In this document: piece after piece, positions 60,274 through 64,000 of the stretch
Layout of the letters: every line of letters starts with the position of its first letter
Numbering within the stretch: position 1 is the first letter of the stretch
Assembly: GCA_040954595.2 (NCBI GenBank)
Contig: CM082581.2
Location: 3,464,699 to 3,528,698 of the forward strand
Direction: 5' to 3'
Source of the DNA: Balanoglossus misakiensis
Lineage: Eukaryota; Animalia; Hemichordata
Length of the DNA stretch: 64,000 nt
Notes under the pieces: model-generated
The model's input: the letters and a program-made list of their open reading frames with translations, nothing else
What the model was told of the DNA's origin: nothing
Database searches by the model: none
Program-made: the position numbers and the translations under genes

Positions 60274-60673
60274 CCGTAATCACTCCATTAGTTCGACCAG
60301 AAAAAAATAAATATGATTTGTGAAAAGACTAACTAATAGAATAAAAATAACAACAACAAAATGGCCACTCAAAGTGCTTGAATAATTTTCCAGGGGGGCA
60401 TGTTTGCATGGCATGAACTGTATGCACTATCAGCATGTAGTTTAGATGATATTTATGATAGAATTGAACTGTTAAAGGTCACACAGAATAAAATCAGTGA
60501 GTTCTGAATATCTTGGAAGGTCAAAGTTGCAGATATCTTCATAAAAAATACACAATATCAACACATGCATTTAATCAGTGGTCAAACAATTGAAGGTTAT
60601 AAAATAATTAATTTTCCAAAGAATAGTGGGTGGTCGAATTAATGGAGTGGTCGAACTGATAGAGTGATTACGA
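60274..60673. mobile_element. Degenerate CCGTA-ended Tc1/mariner-type MITE
   Basis: CCGTAATCACTCCATTAGTTCGACC ... GGTCGAACTGATAGAGTGATTACG; TSD not intact. Confidence 0.6.
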
Positions 60674-62454
60674 AAACTTTTCAATGAATCTTTCGTAATC
60701 TTTATCAAGGTTTTCCAACATATGCAATCTACAATAAATAGAATTCTCCCTGAAGAGGGGTTCCAGCAGATAAATATCTCTTTATGTCGGTTCTACTGTG
60801 TTCACAAAGCTCAAATTTGATACATGTGTTTCATTTAGTGCTTTTTTCAGTTGCAAGTTTGTAAGGATCACAAAATGATTTTGTTTTTTATTTATATACT
60901 AATTATAACTATTATGAGGTCCTACCATAACACAGTATCAAGGACACTGTACTCATATATGACAAAGTCGATATAATATGTTAAAAACTTTTTCTATAGA
61001 ATTTTTTGGTGATCTGTTAAATGAAATATGTGTAAATCACATTATAAACATGTAGAGAGTTGTTAGGGAGTAGCAAAGATGACGACTAGAAAAGGCCAAA
61101 TTTCCTTGTGTTCACAACCTGTCCTTTGGCCACCTTTGTTTAACTTGAGGTTTTGGAATCCCCAGCTATATGTGGACTTAGGGTTAGACTGCTTGCATTG
61201 ACTTAGGAATGTGTATATGATATGAGATAAAAATGTAACATATATCTAAAATTAAACAGTAAAACAATTAAAAAGTAAACGGTCACATTGCAATGAAATA
61301 ATTTTATTTTTATTTGTATTAAAAATCTTCATACCCCGATACCTTTCAAAACAGCTGTGTGAATGTTACGTTTTCACTTTGTGCGGATACCATTTGTGTA
61401 ATTGAACTATTTTGACTTTATTTGCACATCTGGGGTTTACATGAACTCATGTTGAGAGATTTTGGTGCTTGGCACTTTCAACTAAAAGGTGTTCGGTTTC
61501 TTTGAAGATCTATAATATCACAAATGATGAGAGCTAGAGTTGAAATGAGGATCCTCTGTATTGAGGACTTTCATCCAGCATCATGCCACAGTAACAGGCG
61601 AGACTGTCTTCATGACCACAAGAACTAGCATTGTTATGGAGGAATCTGAATGTGTTTCATATAGAGAATGGAGACATCAAACTCTGCCATCTATCTCAGC
61701 CTTCAGTGATTACCAGGCAGGGCATTGTTTGCCACACTGCATCACACCTCCAATTTCCCCCATAACCAAAAATTCACAATATACCTTTACACTTTGTATT
61801 AAAGACATCTGAGATTATATTTCCATGGTTAACCCATATTTTTGTTGTGCAATGACAAACAGACGGCTGTGTTTCCTATCCTTCATTTAAATTAACGTAC
61901 TTTATACTCAATCAACAAATGCACAATCAGGATAAACTTCAATATTTACAGCAAAAAAAAATGTAATATGTACAAATTGCAAAAATTACACAAAAGGCAC
62001 AGCTTTTGCCTTGCTGTCACACTGAATTGTAAAACATTTCATAGTTGCAGATACAAAGAGATTTTCAATTTTTCAATGGCACTATTCAATTTTACAGGTA
62101 TAGGAATTAAAATATAGTCGTAAGCATACCCGGGCACAACAGTCCAGAGCAACAGCAAGTATTAGAGAAAATGACAAAATTTCTCAGAAAATGAACAAAT
62201 CAAGAAAGTCCACAAGGTACATGCACACCAATTCTCAAAGCATTTTTTGTAAAGTTTTGACTATTTTTGCATTTTTTCAGCACAATTGCATTGTTTTGCT
62301 TTTGAACATAAAGCCACCTACAGTCCAGCATACATCTATACACACCAAATACTGAGGTAGTGAGTGCAGCCATGTAAGTTTTTGCACTGGACGGACTTAC
62401 ATACTTAATATAGACACACACAGCCAATCAGAGCGCTGGAGTCAGACCTAACAT

Positions 62455-62836
62455 CAGTGTTCGAAATTCATAGGAAATATCAACCAGTCACCAGGACTGG
62501 CAACTTCAAAAAGTTGCCAGTCCTGCCAAAAACTTACCAGTCCTGATTATACCTTACAATTAAATGTAATCAAATACAACTGAGAAGGTATTACCTCATC
62601 TTTGAACAATTGAAGATGGGATGGAATCATCTTCCAGTTTCTCTTTACATTACTTAGATCATTGTTTCTTTTATTTGCAATACATGAACTGAGGAAAGTC
62701 TAAAAGATGCCATGATACCACTGGTTAACTCCCACGTTAAAATCAACCTGTCTGTCGGACTGGTAACATTTTATTTTTACCAGTCCTGAAAAACAACCAG
62801 TCTCGGACTGTCGGACAGGCTTTATTTCGTACACTG
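62455..62836. mobile_element. Second copy of the 7-bp-TSD element, opposite orientation
   Basis: ctaacat|CAGTGTTCGAAAT ... ATTTCGTACACTG|ctaacat. Confidence 0.9.
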
Positions 62837-62885
62837 CTAACATATAATTACTGGTAAAACAGTTACAATGACAACTCATTCTTAA

Positions 62886-63173
62886 AGTGCAGCGGTCGTC
62901 GTGCTGCGCTTACGCACTGAGTCTGTTTTTGTTTTGATAAACATTACAATTTACCCACAAATTCCTGCGATTAGATAATTTTTAGAACGGACCAAGAGGC
63001 CCATGCACTGTAGCATAGTCACCATTAAAGATGAAATTGTATGTTGGTGAAACTCGCTGAACTATCATCCGTTGCTGCCATTATTACTTTGCAGAGATCA
63101 GTGAGGCATTCTGGGACATATTCTCATAGGGGGACACCAACACATGCAAGTGCAGCGTGACGACCGCTTCACT
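62886..63173. mobile_element. TTAA-flanked TIR element (Kolobok-like)
   Basis: ttaa|AGTGCAGCGGTCGTC ... GACGACCGCTTCACT|ttaa. Confidence 0.75.
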
Positions 63174-64000
63174 TTAAGGTCATACAGATCTGATAAACCT
63201 AATGTAATAGTTTCATTGTTGACTGACTTTCAAAGATAATCAAATTTGTTAGAAATGCATATCAAGTTCAAAATTATGTTGCCTTTACTGATGCAAAGCC
63301 AAATTCAAGGTGAATTAAAATAAACCTTGTCTTACATTTACAATAATTAAATTGAGAAAACAACCAAATCTATTCAGTCTATTATTACCAACTGACCAAC
63401 TCTTGGAGCAGGCTCTTTGTTTCAAGCCTATTGTCTAATTGCTATTGACTTGTAAACAAGTATTTAGCATGAATTATCTTTTTTTCATCAAATGAACGAG
63501 TGATTTCTATTTCATCTTATGAAGAAGATTATTTTCCTGGAAAGCTCATTCCACAAGGTAATATCCGCTTGCTTCCAAAGTTTTTCTGTACAAAAATCAA
63601 AAATGCATTCAGTTGTACTTCACTATGTCAGCTAGTAGTAAACTAAACTAGGGTATCAAATGCAAGTGTAGTTTGCTCAACCTTTCCAAAGTCTGATTAC
63701 AATTTAAAAATCTTGTTGTGCCTTATATTTGACAGTTACTTCACTTTTAACTACCATAATTAGGCTAATGCTATCTAGGTGAGTAAAATGAACTGTAGAT
63801 ACAATAAGCTGGCAGATTTCTGATATACCTACGTCAGAATTGTTATTGTCCGACTTGTTGTAGTCAAATATGCAAGTCAACTTCAATTTTGGTCATACTG
63901 ACATTTTTATGTATTAAACTACACAGACCATAGCCACACAAAATTCCTTAATAAAAGCTGATTTATCACTTTTTAATTCATCACTCGATCATGATCGAAT

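Noticed and set aside
58000-64000. Additional coding gene at the right end
   Set aside because: Only short AT-rich ORFs with no recognisable motifs; may be intergenic DNA or the 3' UTR of a gene outside the window.

Overview
Eukaryotic, intron-rich, AT-rich animal DNA (probably a marine invertebrate; this is an inference). Five conserved host genes can be assembled from canonical GT-AG exons: CYFIP/Sra-1 (minus, 5' part only, runs off the left edge), POLR2B/RPB2 (minus, complete, 22 exons, 1174 aa), ornithine aminotransferase (plus, 431 aa), a C2orf42-like zinc-finger protein (minus, 582 aa) and mitochondrial peroxiredoxin PRDX3 (plus, 240 aa). Introns and intergenic DNA carry many non-autonomous DNA transposons (TTAA, TA, TWA, 7-bp and 9-10-bp target duplications). 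The main find is a decayed ~7.5-kb mobile element between OAT and C2orf42 (about 36.0-43.6 kb). It encodes a P-element/THAP9-type DDE transposase whose N-terminus looks like an RFX-type winged helix rather than a THAP finger, plus an opposite-strand Pif1-family helicase fused to an acidic tract, a helical domain and a PHD finger. The two genes appear mutually interleaved, each gene's large exon lying in the other's intron. All coordinates and splice models were read by eye; no database searches were run.
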